The notes under the pieces: generated by a model
The model's input: only the letters and a program-made list of their open reading frames with translations
Told to the model about the DNA's origin: nothing
Database searches by the model: none
Shown here: positions 1-8,729 of the stretch, one piece after another
Layout of the letters: the number at the start of each line of letters is the position of its first letter
Numbering within the stretch: the first letter of the stretch is position 1
Assembly (NCBI RefSeq): GCF_037902255.1
Contig: NZ_CP147990.1
Coordinates: 4,200,001-4,232,000 of the forward strand
Length of the DNA: 32,000 nucleotides
Reading direction: 5' to 3'
Source: Candidatus Electrothrix sp. GW3-4
Lineage (GTDB): Bacteria > Desulfobacterota > Desulfobulbia > Desulfobulbales > Desulfobulbaceae
Made by a program: the position numbers and the translations under genes

Positions 1-572
1 CAAAAGCAGGATATAGAACTCCAGCGGGCAGCAGCCATTGCCCAGCAAATGGAGGCGGCAGAGCATCTGGTCCTGCGCCTGGACTTAGGAATGATCGGTG
101 GTTCTGCCCTGACCTCGGACATTGCCGTGCCCAAGGACCGGGAGGTGGAGGAGATGGAGCAGGATATCCCGGTGACCTATGTCCCGGCCCGCAATATCAT
201 CTTTCTCTCCCATGCCCTGGCCTGGGCTGAGGTCATCGGGGCCACTGATATCTTTCTTGGTATCAATGCGGTGGACTATAGCGGCTATCCCGATTGCCGG
301 CCTGAGTTCCTCAAGTCCTTTGAGCAGACCGCCAACCTAGGGACCAAGGAAGGCAGTACCGGCCACCCCTTCAAGCTCCATGCACCGTTGATTGAGCTGA
401 GTAAAAAGGAGATCATCGAGGTGGGCAACCAGCTGGGGTGGATTACTCCGGGACCCACAGCTGCTACGACCCGGTGGATGGCCTTGCCTGCGGTCATTGC
501 GATGCCTGCATCCTGCGGCTGCGCGGCTTTGCTGAGGCCGGGTTGGAAGATCCTGCGCCTTATGTTGGGTAA
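1..572 (+). pseudogene. queC: 7-cyano-7-deazaguanine synthase QueC; 5' end lies outside the window; frame breaks at a G-run (435-438)
   Basis: Frame 1 from base 1 reads ...YVPARNIIFLSHALAWAEVIGATDIFLGINAVDYSGYPDCRPEF..., the QueC core. After GNQLG the ORF-track frame becomes nonsense. The adjacent frame reads [44 protein letters not shown], the canonical Cys-rich QueC C-terminus, with its stop at 570-572. One extra G in ctggggtgg would restore the frame. Confidence 0.85.
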
Positions 573-598
573 GTAGGACTGCAAGCGCAGCCCTGAAG

Positions 599-703
599 GC
601 CCAGGATTAAAATCCTGGGCTATGTCGAATGTCCCTCCGAGACGGCCTTTCCCTCCCTGTCCTGGAGGGACAACCGATAATAGCCCCGTGATTTATCGCG
701 GGG
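599..703 (-). repeat. Three-hairpin intergenic repeat element, copy A (inverted relative to copies B and C)
   Basis: The reverse complement aligns with 8563-8668 and 28366-28470. It carries ccccgcgataaatcacgggg, the long stem gtccctcc.ggac...gtc..ggagggac, and the palindrome gcccaggattttaatcctgggc. It lies between the convergent 3' ends of queC and the phosphoesterase gene. Confidence 0.85.
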
Positions 704-811
704 TGTGCTTTACACCCTTTTACGTGGCCTTCACCTCCAACACATCCACCAGCCTGCCCGAGTAATGGTTTCGGATCATCTTGACCAAATCGGAATTCCT
801 TTTTGAACGGG

Positions 812-1545
812 CTAGATCTCAACCATAGCCTTTTCATCCCAGTCTGGATTTAACCTATCGGCATCAAGGTACCCGTAGGGGTTACTGAGCACCCTGGTTT
901 TTCCCAGCAGATAGTCGTTGGAAGGCTGGTGGATATGACCGTGGACCCAGACTGTGGGCTGATACTCCATGATAATATCAGCCCAATGGTTGGCGTAACA
1001 GTCGTTCTTCAACCGCCATGCTTCGGAAGGGAAAAACTTTTCCAGCTGGGCGCATGATGGCTGATACAGACGACCCGATCCTCGGTGGCCCGGAGCAGGG
1101 TATCCACAAAAAACTGTCCGTCCTTTCTTCCCCATTCACTCCCGTAATCGGCCTGATAGATATCGTGGATCTGATCAAAATCATTTATAAGCAATCGCGC
1201 CATAGTAGAAGCCTGTTCCCACCAGCCCGTGGCACCGATAAAGAGGACATCGCAGATGCGGGTCGTTGACCGGTTCAGGACACGCACATTGGAGTATCGC
1301 TGCTCTGCCAGCTCCTTGTCCAGTGTTTCTTTGCGGGTTCCATAATACTCGTGATTGCCGGGAACAAAGAGGAACGGGCAATGGGTCAGGTCGTCCAGCA
1401 GGTGCAGATAGCGGACCACCTTACCCGAGGGCTTCAAGTCCCCAGCGCAGATAATCACGTCCGCATCCCTGTTGCCCGCCAGTTGCTTGGCGAGTTCTCC
1501 GCTGCCGAACTCGACATGGAGATCTGAAAAATAGTGGATCAACAT
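812..1545 (-). pseudogene. Calcineurin-like metallophosphoesterase, split into two ORFs (1009-1545 and 812-1135) at an A5/T5 run (1032-1036)
   Basis: Motifs present are SDLHVEFG, ICAGDL, PGNHEY, SHHAP and, in the second ORF, VHGHIH. One extra T in the coding-strand run ttttt joins ...HHAPSWKSF to FPSEAWRLKNDCYANHW.... Confidence 0.8.
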
Positions 1546-1568
1546 ACAGAGCGTATAGTATCCATCTC

Positions 1569-2645
1569 TTATGCTTGCTTTACTTCCAGCACATCCACCA
1601 GCCTGCCACCGTAGCTGTTGCGGATAAGCTCCTTGAGCGCGGCATAGTCATTAACCCGGACCGTCAGGCTGCTGACTGCCGAGCCGCTGAAGCCCTGCAA
1701 GGTCTGGTCCCCGTCTGCACTGACGGTCACTGCCGCGCCTGTTTGTCCGTCCTTGTGCATATTCAGGAGGTTAAAGAGGAGCAGGTCCTGCCGTACGTCC
1801 AGCACAGCTTGGATACGCAGGGTCTCATCAGCCGTGACACTGCCCCCGGTGACCGAGACATAGGGGGCAGCCGCATTGCCAGTGAGAATGCCGATATTGA
1901 TTGGCGGGCCGCCACCGCCTGTAAGCGAAACAGTCAGGGGCGTGCGCAGTAGCCGTTTGTAGATGCCGGTACGCGGGGTGCCGTGCTCAGTGTAGTGGGT
2001 GGTGACGGAAAGGCGGTACTCGTTGTTCCAGGGATCGTCCTGACTGGGTACGTCCGGCATAAGCACGATCTCTGTGTTGGTGACCGTGCCGACCCGGCTC
2101 TGGACTGCACTACCGCTGCGGGTGCCCTCAATCAGGCAATGCGAGGCAGGGTCCTGGCGGTCAAAGGCGAGATCGTGGCCCGTGATGAGGAGCATACCAT
2201 CTGAGCGCAGTACGTCACGCAGGTCCAGTACTGTATCTTCGGCAGCGGTGATGACCGGCAGCTTTTCGGTCACTGGTAGTCGCTCAATATGAGCGGCCTG
2301 GCGCAGGCGTTCAAGAAAGTTCTGGGAGATGCGCACGTCGATGTGCAGGCATTCTTCCAAAGGTGGCGTTGGGTCGTCCGCGTTCTCCAGTTTGCCGGTA
2401 AAGGTGATATACCAGCTGAAGCTGCCGTGCTTGGTTACCTGCTCGCCGTTGAGCAGCCGCTCCAGAATGGCCTCGTCCTCGGCCTGGAGGATGGTTTCCA
2501 CTGCTTCTGGGCTGAAGTTGGGCTGGTTGCGGTGGATATCTGCGGCAAGGTTCTGTTCGTTCGCTGTGTTGCGGGGCACAAAGCGGAGGGTGTGGGTTCG
2601 GGGTGTGGTGAGGGCGTTGGATACCGGCTTGCATTGAATACTCAT
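1569..2645 (-). CDS. Hypothetical protein. The HU-like N-terminal region plus DUF4469-like Ig-fold assignment is tentative and from memory of the family
   Basis: Intact 358-aa ORF with a strong SD (aaggagg) upstream of the ATG at 2645. The central segment ITAAEDTVLDLRDVLRSDGMLLITGHDLAFDRQDP...EIVLMPDVP...YRLSVTTHY fits the DUF4469 pattern as I recall it. It is probably co-transcribed with the phosphoesterase gene 23 bp downstream. Confidence 0.45.
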   Translation of the reverse strand: MSIQCKPVSNALTTPRTHTLRFVPRNTANEQNLAADIHRNQPNFSPEAVETILQAEDEAILERLLNGEQVTKHGSFSWYITFTGKLENADDPTPPLEECLHIDVRISQNFLERLRQAAHIERLPVTEKLPVITAAEDTVLDLRDVLRSDGMLLITGHDLAFDRQDPASHCLIEGTRSGSAVQSRVGTVTNTEIVLMPDVPSQDDPWNNEYRLSVTTHYTEHGTPRTGIYKRLLRTPLTVSLTGGGGPPINIGILTGNAAAPYVSVTGGSVTADETLRIQAVLDVRQDLLLFNLLNMHKDGQTGAAVTVSADGDQTLQGFSGSAVSSLTVRVNDYAALKELIRNSYGGRLVDVLEVKQA

Positions 2646-2719
2646 GGCTACCTCCTTGCAGGGTTAAGGGGTTGAGAATACCGGGAAGAGTTACGATAGC
2701 TCATCGTAAAAAGCTGGTT

Positions 2720-2900
2720 CGGTTCTGTCAAGCATTCTTTCTGCGGAAAGTGTGTCTGGAAACATGAGCCCCGTCATACGGAGCGTATGAGCCTGGTCAT
2801 ATGGGGTGGTATGAGCCTCGTCATACGGGGAGGTATGAGCCTAGTCATATGGGGTGGTATGAGCCTAGTCATACGAGGGGTATGAGCCGGGGCATACCAG
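2720..2900 (+). repeat. Leader plus tandem 24-bp array of alternating inverted hexamers (GTATGA / TCATAC), copy 1
   Basis: The conserved leader is cggttct.t..aagcattctttctgc.gaaagtgt..c.ggaaacatga. It is followed by about 5.5 units beginning tatgag at 2786, 2810, 2834, 2858 and 2881 (period 24, 24, 24, 23). The same architecture occurs at 28161-28310. Confidence 0.85.
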
Positions 2901-2905
2901 ATGAG

Positions 2906-2933
2906 GTAGGGACACGGCATGCCGTGTCCCTAC
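2906..2933. repeat. 28-bp GC-rich perfect palindrome (gtagggacacggcatgccgtgtccctac), a member of a 4-copy family
   Basis: Perfect 14+14 inverted repeat. Relatives lie at 8670-8696, 12115-12140 (degenerate) and 16338-16365. Confidence 0.85.
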
Positions 2934-2950
2934 AAACACAGGGGATGGCA

Positions 2951-3004
2951 CTACTGCCCCTTGATCGCGGCCTGTAGCTCTTCCAATGCCTTGCGGTCGC
3001 TCAT
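2951..3004 (-). pseudogene. Relic of the C-terminus of a TPR protein (paralog of 8730-10238)
   Basis: The minus strand reads ...SDRKALEELQAAIKGQ*, compared with ...NDRKALEKLRAEIKGR* at the end of the 502-aa TPR gene. Flanking DNA (acaggggat.gc.cta) and the adjacent GC palindrome are also shared. An in-frame stop lies a few codons upstream, so only about 17 codons survive. Confidence 0.7.
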
Positions 3005-3127
3005 CACATCTTTAAAATATTTGCATTTTCAAGTAGAAGATGGCAGGTATGACCTAAATAGCATCAAGATGCGACAGTTGACCATCTTAGACCTGCTGCA
3101 GAAATATCTTACTGAAAGGAGGGCAGT

Positions 3128-4580
3128 ATGAAAACACAATTGAGGTTTTATCTCTTTCTACTTGTACTACTAATAACTCGTATAGGACAGGCAGCAACTA
3201 TCACGGTGGACGGCAGCGACCCGACTACCACCTGCACTCTGGCGGATGCGATCACTGCGGCAAACACTGACTCGTCCAGCGGCAGATGCGTTGCAGGCTT
3301 GGGTGATGACACCATTAACCTGGAGACGAATGTTACCCTTAAAGCAGCCCTGCCGCAGATCAGTACAGTTATCACTATTGAGGGTGGCGGGCACTTCATC
3401 AGCGGGAACGAGGCCCGCCGTGTGCTGAGTATTATCGACACCGGCAACCTGACGCTGAATGAGACGACAGTCAAGGATGGCAAGGTCGCTACCTTCTCCT
3501 CCTCCGCCTATGGCGGGGGAATTCTCAACTCGGGCACCGTCACGCTGAATAACTCCACGATTAGTGGCAACACGGCCTCTGCCTCTGGCGTATCCTTCAT
3601 GCTTAGTACCGAGGCCAACGGCGGGGGAATATGCAACTGGGGCGGCACCGTCACGCTGAACAACTCAATGGTCAGCGATAATTTGGCCTCTGCTTCCGCA
3701 GATGGCCAGGCCTACGCTATGGGAGGGGGGTTACAATGCTTCTGACAGTATCGTCACGCTAAACAACTCAACGGTCAAGGGTAATTCGGCCTCTGCCTTC
3801 GTCACCAGCACATCCTACTACGTCGGCACCGAGGCCAACGGCGGGGGAATCTTCAATTGGGGCACCGTCACGCTGAACAACTCCACGATTAGTGGCAACT
3901 CCATCGATAGCTTTGGCTATGGCTGCACCTCCGGCGGAGGGATTTGCAACTTTTTTGGCACCGTCACACTGAGCAACTCCACGATCAGCGGTAATACCGT
4001 CTCTACCTCCGACTACGGCTATGGCGGGGGGATTGATAATGATGACGGTACGGTCACCTTAACCAACTCCACAGTCAACGGGAACACAGCAAATGGCGCT
4101 GGAGGGGGTATATATAATGGCATACACAGTGGAGGTACCATCACCCTGTATAGCTCTCTGATTAGCGGTAATACAGCTGGTTATGGGAATGAAGTCATTG
4201 TTAACAGTGGTACCATTACTGCCGCTAGCTCTAACCTCTTCGGCCATAATAGCGAGAACAATACCGAGGCATTTGTCGGCTTTATGCCCACCGGTAGCGA
4301 TATCAATGCTACCAGCAACGGTATGAATATCCCTCTGACCTCTATTCTCGACACAACCTTGGCCGACAATGGCGGCCCGACTTGGACCCATGCCCTTCCG
4401 GTAGGTAGCCCGGCCATTGATCTTGATGCAGCATGCAGCACCAACTTAGATACAGACCAGCGTGGTTATCCCCGCCCGGAAACAGAGGGGACAGGGTGTG
4501 ATGCGGGCGCATTCGAAGGCAGCATTGTCCCTGGTAAGAACACAGCCTTTCTTCCTGCTATGTATTTGCTGCTTTTATAA
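3128..4580 (+). pseudogene. Secreted beta-helix repeat protein, paralog A: CSLREA-like N-terminal module, GGGI/NSTxSGN repeats, choice-of-anchor-Q-like C-terminal domain. Frame breaks at a G-run (3725-3730)
   Basis: Signal peptide MKTQLRFYLFLLVLLITRIGQA/ATITVDGS, then CTLADAITAAN...TINL...LPQISTVITIEGGG. Repeats of type GGGIxNxGTVTLNNSTISGN follow. The C-terminus is LADNGGPTWTHALPVGSPAIDLD...DQRGYPRP...CDAGAFE. ORFs 3128-3745 and 3702-4580 join at gggaggggggttacaat. Confidence 0.8.
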
Positions 4581-4662
4581 TATATTATTATCTGTTGTCC
4601 CTTCCAGACAACCCTGAATCCAACACGAAAATCCAAATAGACAAGGACGCAGAGAGGACCCC

Positions 4663-5549
4663 ATGCACGATATACTCCAAGAATTGAAGACCCGCCTGCA
4701 AGAGATCAATGACCTGGGCAGTGCTACCAGCCTCCTCCACTGGGACCAGGCCACCTATATGCCCCCGAAAGGCGCTGCTGCCCGCGCTCGCCAGCTGGCA
4801 ACGCTGTCCCGCCTCTCGCAGGAGAAGTTTGTTGATCCTGCCATCGGCAAGCTCCTTGATCAGCTGGAGCCCTGGGCCGAGGAGCAGCCCTATGATACCG
4901 ATGATGCCAGCCTGATTCGGGTGGTGCGCCGGGATTATGAGGAGGCGATCAAGATCCCCACCGCCTTTATGGCCGAGTTCTCTGAGCACAGCGCCCTTTC
5001 CTACCAGGCCTGGGCCAAGGCCCGGCCAGAGAACGACTTTGCCAGCCTGCAACCAATCCTGGAAAAGACCCTGGACTACAGTCGCCAACTGGCTGACTTC
5101 TTCCCTGGTTATGAGCACATCGCTGACCCCCTGATCGACTTTGCCGACTACGGCATGAAGGCCTCGGATGTCCGTGTCCTCTTTGGCGAGCTGCGCCAGC
5201 AACTCAGCCCCATTGTCCAGGCCATCAGCGAGCAGGCGCCTGCGGATGATGCCTGTCTGCGCCAGGTCTTCCCCGAGGCAGAGCAGCTCCAGTTCAGCGA
5301 AGAGGTGGTCCGCCAGCTGGGCTATGATTTCCAGCGGGGTCGCATGGATAAGACCCATCATCCCTTTATGACCAAGTTCTCGCTGGGGGATGTGCGCATT
5401 ACCACTCGGGTGAAAGAGGAGTTTCTCGGTGAATGCCTGTACAGCGTGATCCATGAGGGGGGACATGCCATGTATGAGCAAGGGATTCGCAGGGAATTTG
5501 AGGGCCTGCCCCTGGCGAGTGGTACTGGGATGGGGGTTCATGAGAGCCA
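4663..5549 (+). pseudogene. Truncated duplicate of the M32 carboxypeptidase gene (first ~295 codons, including HEGGH)
   Basis: Colinear with 7050-7936 at an offset of 2387 bp. ORF-track translations are identical in all three forward frames and on the antisense strand up to about 5480. Homology ends at 5549. The remainder of the 375-aa ORF reads through unrelated DNA. Confidence 0.9.
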
Positions 5550-5554
5550 ACCCC

Positions 5555-5583
5555 TTGATAAAACTCAGCGCACCGAGTACAAT
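5555..5583 (+). promoter_or_regulatory. Putative sigma70 promoter of the TA cassette (TTGATA-17 bp-TACAAT)
   Basis: The -35 ttgata is at 5555-5560, the spacer is 17 bp, and the -10 tacaat is at 5578-5583. It lies 55 bp upstream of the antitoxin ATG and starts 6 bp after the duplication breakpoint. Confidence 0.5.
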
Positions 5584-5638
5584 CAACACAGGCAACGGAA
5601 GACGAACCCGGTCGGAGACCAGAAACAAGGAATAAACT

Positions 5639-5908
5639 ATGAGAACCCTGACCTTAGATATACCCGAAGCAGTCCTGAGCGGAGTAAAGATCCCCAGAAC
5701 CCGCCTAAAAAGCGATCTGAAGCGGGAGCTTGCACTTCAGCTCTACCGGGAACAGATGATCTCCTTTGCCAATGCGCACCGCATGGCTGACATGGGCAAG
5801 GTAGAGTTCCACCATCTGCTCGGCGAGCGGCAGATACCAAGACAGTATGATGTGGAGGATTACGAAAAGGACATGGAGAATCTTGCGCAATGGAAAAAGG
5901 AGCAATGA
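5639..5908 (+). CDS. UPF0175-family antitoxin
   Basis: 89 aa. The pattern LDIPEAVL...LKRELALQLYREQMISFANAHRMADMGKVEFHHLLGERQIP is typical of UPF0175. Its stop overlaps the ATG of the downstream DUF3368 gene (ATGA). Confidence 0.8.
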   Translation: MRTLTLDIPEAVLSGVKIPRTRLKSDLKRELALQLYREQMISFANAHRMADMGKVEFHHLLGERQIPRQYDVEDYEKDMENLAQWKKEQ

Positions 5909-6387
5909 TTGTTTCCAATTCAACGCCGCTGATCAACTTCGCCGCCACCAACCGCCTGGATATCCTCGAACAGTTATTCGGTACAGTGGTCATTCCACCG
6001 GCTGTTGCCTATGAAGTCCTTGAAGGTAGTCACCGGTATCCCAGCATGAGTGTTATCCGGGAGGCAAAGTGTATCGCAAAACAGGATATCGGCAATATGA
6101 TGTTGCGGGACGCTTTGCTTATTGACCTTGATCCGGGCGAAGCCGAGGCAATCACCTTGGCCCTTGAGCAGAAGGCGGATCTGCTTCTGCTGGATGAAAT
6201 CGCGGGACGGACAATTGCCGAGTCTTATGGCCTTGTCTTTACCGGCTCAATCGGCTGCCTCATCAAGGCAAAACAGGCCGGAATCATTCCCGCTGTCAAG
6301 CCACTGCTGGATGCCATACGTGATGAGGCGCGTTTCTGGCTGCATCCCCGACTGTATGCAAGAATTCTCCAAGAGCAGGGGGAGTAA
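5905..6387 (+). CDS. DUF3368-family PIN-like toxin (an alternative start lies at 5890)
   Basis: MIVSNSTPLINFAATNRLDILEQLFGTVVIPPAVAYEV...DPGEAEAITLALEQKADLLLLDEIAGR...GLVFTGSIGCLIKAKQAG matches the DUF3368/PIN partner of UPF0175 antitoxins. Confidence 0.8.
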   Translation: MIVSNSTPLINFAATNRLDILEQLFGTVVIPPAVAYEVLEGSHRYPSMSVIREAKCIAKQDIGNMMLRDALLIDLDPGEAEAITLALEQKADLLLLDEIAGRTIAESYGLVFTGSIGCLIKAKQAGIIPAVKPLLDAIRDEARFWLHPRLYARILQEQGE

Positions 6388-6786
6388 CTGCCGGGCACTT
6401 TCAAGGGAGCGAACTACAGGGAAAATGCAGCAGACTTCATGGTCATCCGCCAGCAGCTGCCTAGGCGGGGCCGCTGCCACGCCAGGCACAGCCTTGAGTA
6501 TCTTCTGCGCACGAGTCAACGTAGCCGCGATATCCTCCCCATCCGGCTTGTCCTGCTTGACCTCCATCTCAACCTCTTCCACCGCATTGCCCAGTTTGAG
6601 CTGTTCCTTGTCCGGCAGTTCAGGCAACAGCTTCTTGATTTCAGCTAACAGCTGGAGTAACTCCTCGGGCGAGGCCTGCGACGCATTGCTTATATTCACC
6701 TGCTTGCCAATAGCTCCGTCACCCTGGGCGATATTCTGCTCGCCGCTGCCGCTGTGAGTAATCGTGTTGTTGTAGGTATGTCCCAT
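6247..6786 (-). CDS. Gly-rich N-terminal motif protein, probably a truncated relative of the TPR protein. The last ~47 codons read antisense through the toxin gene
   Basis: The ATG at 6786 has a strong SD (ggagggg). The N-terminus MGHTYNNTITHSGSGEQNIAQGDGAIGKQVN parallels MPNRFDNKGEGDQNVAQGKGAVGKQEN of 8730-10238. The upstream 200 bp is also paralogous. The ORF overlaps 6247-6387 of the convergent PIN gene. Confidence 0.55.
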   Translation of the reverse strand: MGHTYNNTITHSGSGEQNIAQGDGAIGKQVNISNASQASPEELLQLLAEIKKLLPELPDKEQLKLGNAVEEVEMEVKQDKPDGEDIAATLTRAQKILKAVPGVAAAPPRQLLADDHEVCCIFPVVRSLESARQLLPLLLENSCIQSGMQPETRLITYGIQQWLDSGNDSGLFCLDEAAD

Positions 6787-6940
6787 GTCCCCTCCATTCG
6801 CTTGAATTGTATAGCTAAACCTTCTCACCATACCCTGAATCCTTACCTCTCTGCACGAGAAATGTACGGATCCTCGCAGTAATCGGAGGGGCCTGTGCAG
6901 ACGAGCAGAGCTATTTATCGACAGCAGGGCAACATTCCCT

Positions 6941-6969
6941 TTGCAACCTCCCAGCCAAGTCAGTATCCT
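6941..6969 (+). promoter_or_regulatory. Conserved promoter cassette copy P1 (TTGCAA-17 bp-TATCCT), upstream of the carboxypeptidase gene
   Basis: cattccctttgcaacctcccagccaagtcagtatcct. The same cassette occurs at 10390, 12189 and 13976, always with a 17-bp spacer. Confidence 0.55.
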
Positions 6970-7049
6970 GGAATAATACGAACAAGATACAAAATCCTGC
7001 TTTCTTCAGTAGGAGAACCACAATGGATAAAGGACGCAGAGAGGACCCC

Positions 7050-8555
7050 ATGCACGATATACTCCAAGAATTGAAGACCCGCCTGCAAGAGATCAATGAC
7101 CTGGGCAGTGCTACCAGCCTCCTCCACTGGGACCAGGCCACCTATATGCCCCCGAAAGGCGCTGCTGCCCGCGCTCGCCAGCTGGCAACGCTGTCCCGCC
7201 TCTCGCAGGAGAAGTTTGTTGATCCTGCCATCGGCAAGCTCCTTGATCAGCTGGAGCCCTGGGCCGAGGAGCAGCCCTATGATACCGATGATGCCAGCCT
7301 GATTCGGGTGGTGCGCCGGGATTATGAGGAGGCGATCAAGATCCCCACCGCCTTTATGGCCGAGTTCTCTGAGCACAGCGCCCTTTCCTACCAGGCCTGG
7401 GCCAAGGCCCGGCCAGAGAACGACTTTGCCAGCCTGCAACCAATCCTGGAAAAGACCCTGGACTACAGTCGCCAACTGGCTGACTTCTTCCCTGGTTATG
7501 AGCACATCGCTGACCCCCTGATCGACTTTGCCGACTACGGCATGAAGGCCTCGGATGTCCGTGTCCTCTTTGGCGAGCTGCGCCAGCAACTCAGCCCCAT
7601 TGTCCAGGCCATCAGCGAGCAGGCGCCTGCGGATGATGCCTGTCTGCGCCAGGTCTTCCCCGAGGCAGAGCAGCTCCAGTTCAGCGAAGAGGTGGTCCGC
7701 CAGCTGGGCTATGATTTCCAGCGGGGTCGCATGGATAAGACCCATCATCCCTTTATGACCAAGTTCTCGCTGGGGGATGTGCGCATTACCACTCGGGTGA
7801 AAGAGGAGTTTCTCGGTGAATGCCTGTACAGCGTGATCCATGAGGGGGGACATGCCATGTATGAGCAGGGGATTCGCAGGGAGCTGGAGGGCCTGCCCCT
7901 GGCGAGTGGCACTGGGGCAGGGCTTCATGAGAGCCAGTCTCGCCTCTGGGAGAATATCGTTGGACGGAGCCGCGCCTTTACCGAGTATTTCTACCCGCGC
8001 CTCCAGGCCCTCTTTCCTGCCCAGCTCAAGGACGTGCCCCTGGAGACCTATTATCGGGCCATCAATAAGGTGGAGCGCTCCCTCATCCGCACCGATGCCG
8101 ATGAGGTGACCTATAACCTGCATGTCATGCTGCGCTTTGACTTTGAGCTGGATCTGCTGGAGGGTAAGCTGGCTATTAAGGACCTGCCTGAGGCCTGGCA
8201 TGCCCGCTTTGCGGAGGACTTTGGTATGCGGGCCCCGGATGATCGGGATGGAGTACTCCAGGATGTCCACTGGTTTGCCGGTCAGATTGGTGGTGCCTTT
8301 CAGGGCTACACCCTGGGCAATGTGCTCAGTGCTCAGTTCTACAGCCAGGCCCTTGAGGCCCACCCTGAGATATCGGACCAGATCAGGCAGGGCCAGTTCG
8401 ATACCCTGCGTACTTGGCTCACAGAGAACATCTACCAGCATGGCCGGAAATACACCGAACCTGAGTTGATTGAGCGGGTTACGGGCGGCCCGGTTGCTCT
8501 TGAGCCCTATATTGCCTATCTCAAGGGCAAGTACGGGGAGCTCTATCAGCTTTGA
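7050..8555 (+). CDS. M32 (Taq-type) metallocarboxypeptidase (an alternative upstream ATG lies at 7023)
   Basis: LLHWDQATYMP, HPFMTKFSLGDVRITTR, HEGGHAMYEQG, HESQSRLWEN and DVHW motifs are present. The ~500-aa length is typical for the family. Confidence 0.9.
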   Translation: MHDILQELKTRLQEINDLGSATSLLHWDQATYMPPKGAAARARQLATLSRLSQEKFVDPAIGKLLDQLEPWAEEQPYDTDDASLIRVVRRDYEEAIKIPTAFMAEFSEHSALSYQAWAKARPENDFASLQPILEKTLDYSRQLADFFPGYEHIADPLIDFADYGMKASDVRVLFGELRQQLSPIVQAISEQAPADDACLRQVFPEAEQLQFSEEVVRQLGYDFQRGRMDKTHHPFMTKFSLGDVRITTRVKEEFLGECLYSVIHEGGHAMYEQGIRRELEGLPLASGTGAGLHESQSRLWENIVGRSRAFTEYFYPRLQALFPAQLKDVPLETYYRAINKVERSLIRTDADEVTYNLHVMLRFDFELDLLEGKLAIKDLPEAWHARFAEDFGMRAPDDRDGVLQDVHWFAGQIGGAFQGYTLGNVLSAQFYSQALEAHPEISDQIRQGQFDTLRTWLTENIYQHGRKYTEPELIERVTGGPVALEPYIAYLKGKYGELYQL

Positions 8556-8562
8556 GCGCATG

Positions 8563-8668
8563 CCCCGCGATAAATCACGGGGCTATTATCGGTTGTCCCT
8601 CCGGGACAGAGAAAACAGGCCGTCCCGGAGGGACGAAGCGAACATAGCCCAAGGTTTTAACCTTGGGC
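8563..8668 (+). repeat. Three-hairpin intergenic repeat element, copy B
   Basis: It starts 8 bp after the carboxypeptidase stop. Components are ccccgcgataaatcacgggg, a perfect 13-bp stem gtccctccgggac/gtcccggagggac, and the palindrome gcccaaggttttaaccttgggc. Confidence 0.85.
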
Positions 8669-8669
8669 C

Positions 8670-8696
8670 GTAGGGCACGGCACGCCGTGCCCCTAC
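8670..8696. repeat. GC-rich palindrome family member (gtagggcacggcacgccgtgcccctac)
   Basis: Inverted repeat immediately after repeat copy B, between convergent genes. The arms differ by one G/C in a run. Confidence 0.8.
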
Positions 8697-8729
8697 ATAA
8701 ATACCACGGGCAATCACAGGGGATTGCCC

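Noticed and set aside
2763-2900. A possible CRISPR array, because of regularly spaced short repeats (also at 28205-28310)
   Set aside because: The units are directly abutting 24-bp repeats with no unique spacers, and no cas genes are nearby. It is a tandem repeat, not a CRISPR array.
2919-3131. A 70-aa ORF (MPCPYKHRGW...)
   Set aside because: It starts inside the GC palindrome and runs antisense over the TPR relic and the intergenic region. It has no RBS.
5550-5790. The 3' extension of the 375-aa ORF 4663-5790
   Set aside because: Beyond 5549 the frame leaves carboxypeptidase homology. It then reads through the TA promoter and out of frame through the antitoxin gene. This part is not genuine coding sequence.
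6960-8561. A 533-aa minus-strand ORF and its 346-aa twin at 4588-5628
   Set aside because: Both are exactly antisense to the M32 carboxypeptidase gene and its duplicate. Their sequence is low-complexity and rich in Leu, Gly and Ala. They are shadow ORFs created by the codon bias of the real plus-strand gene.
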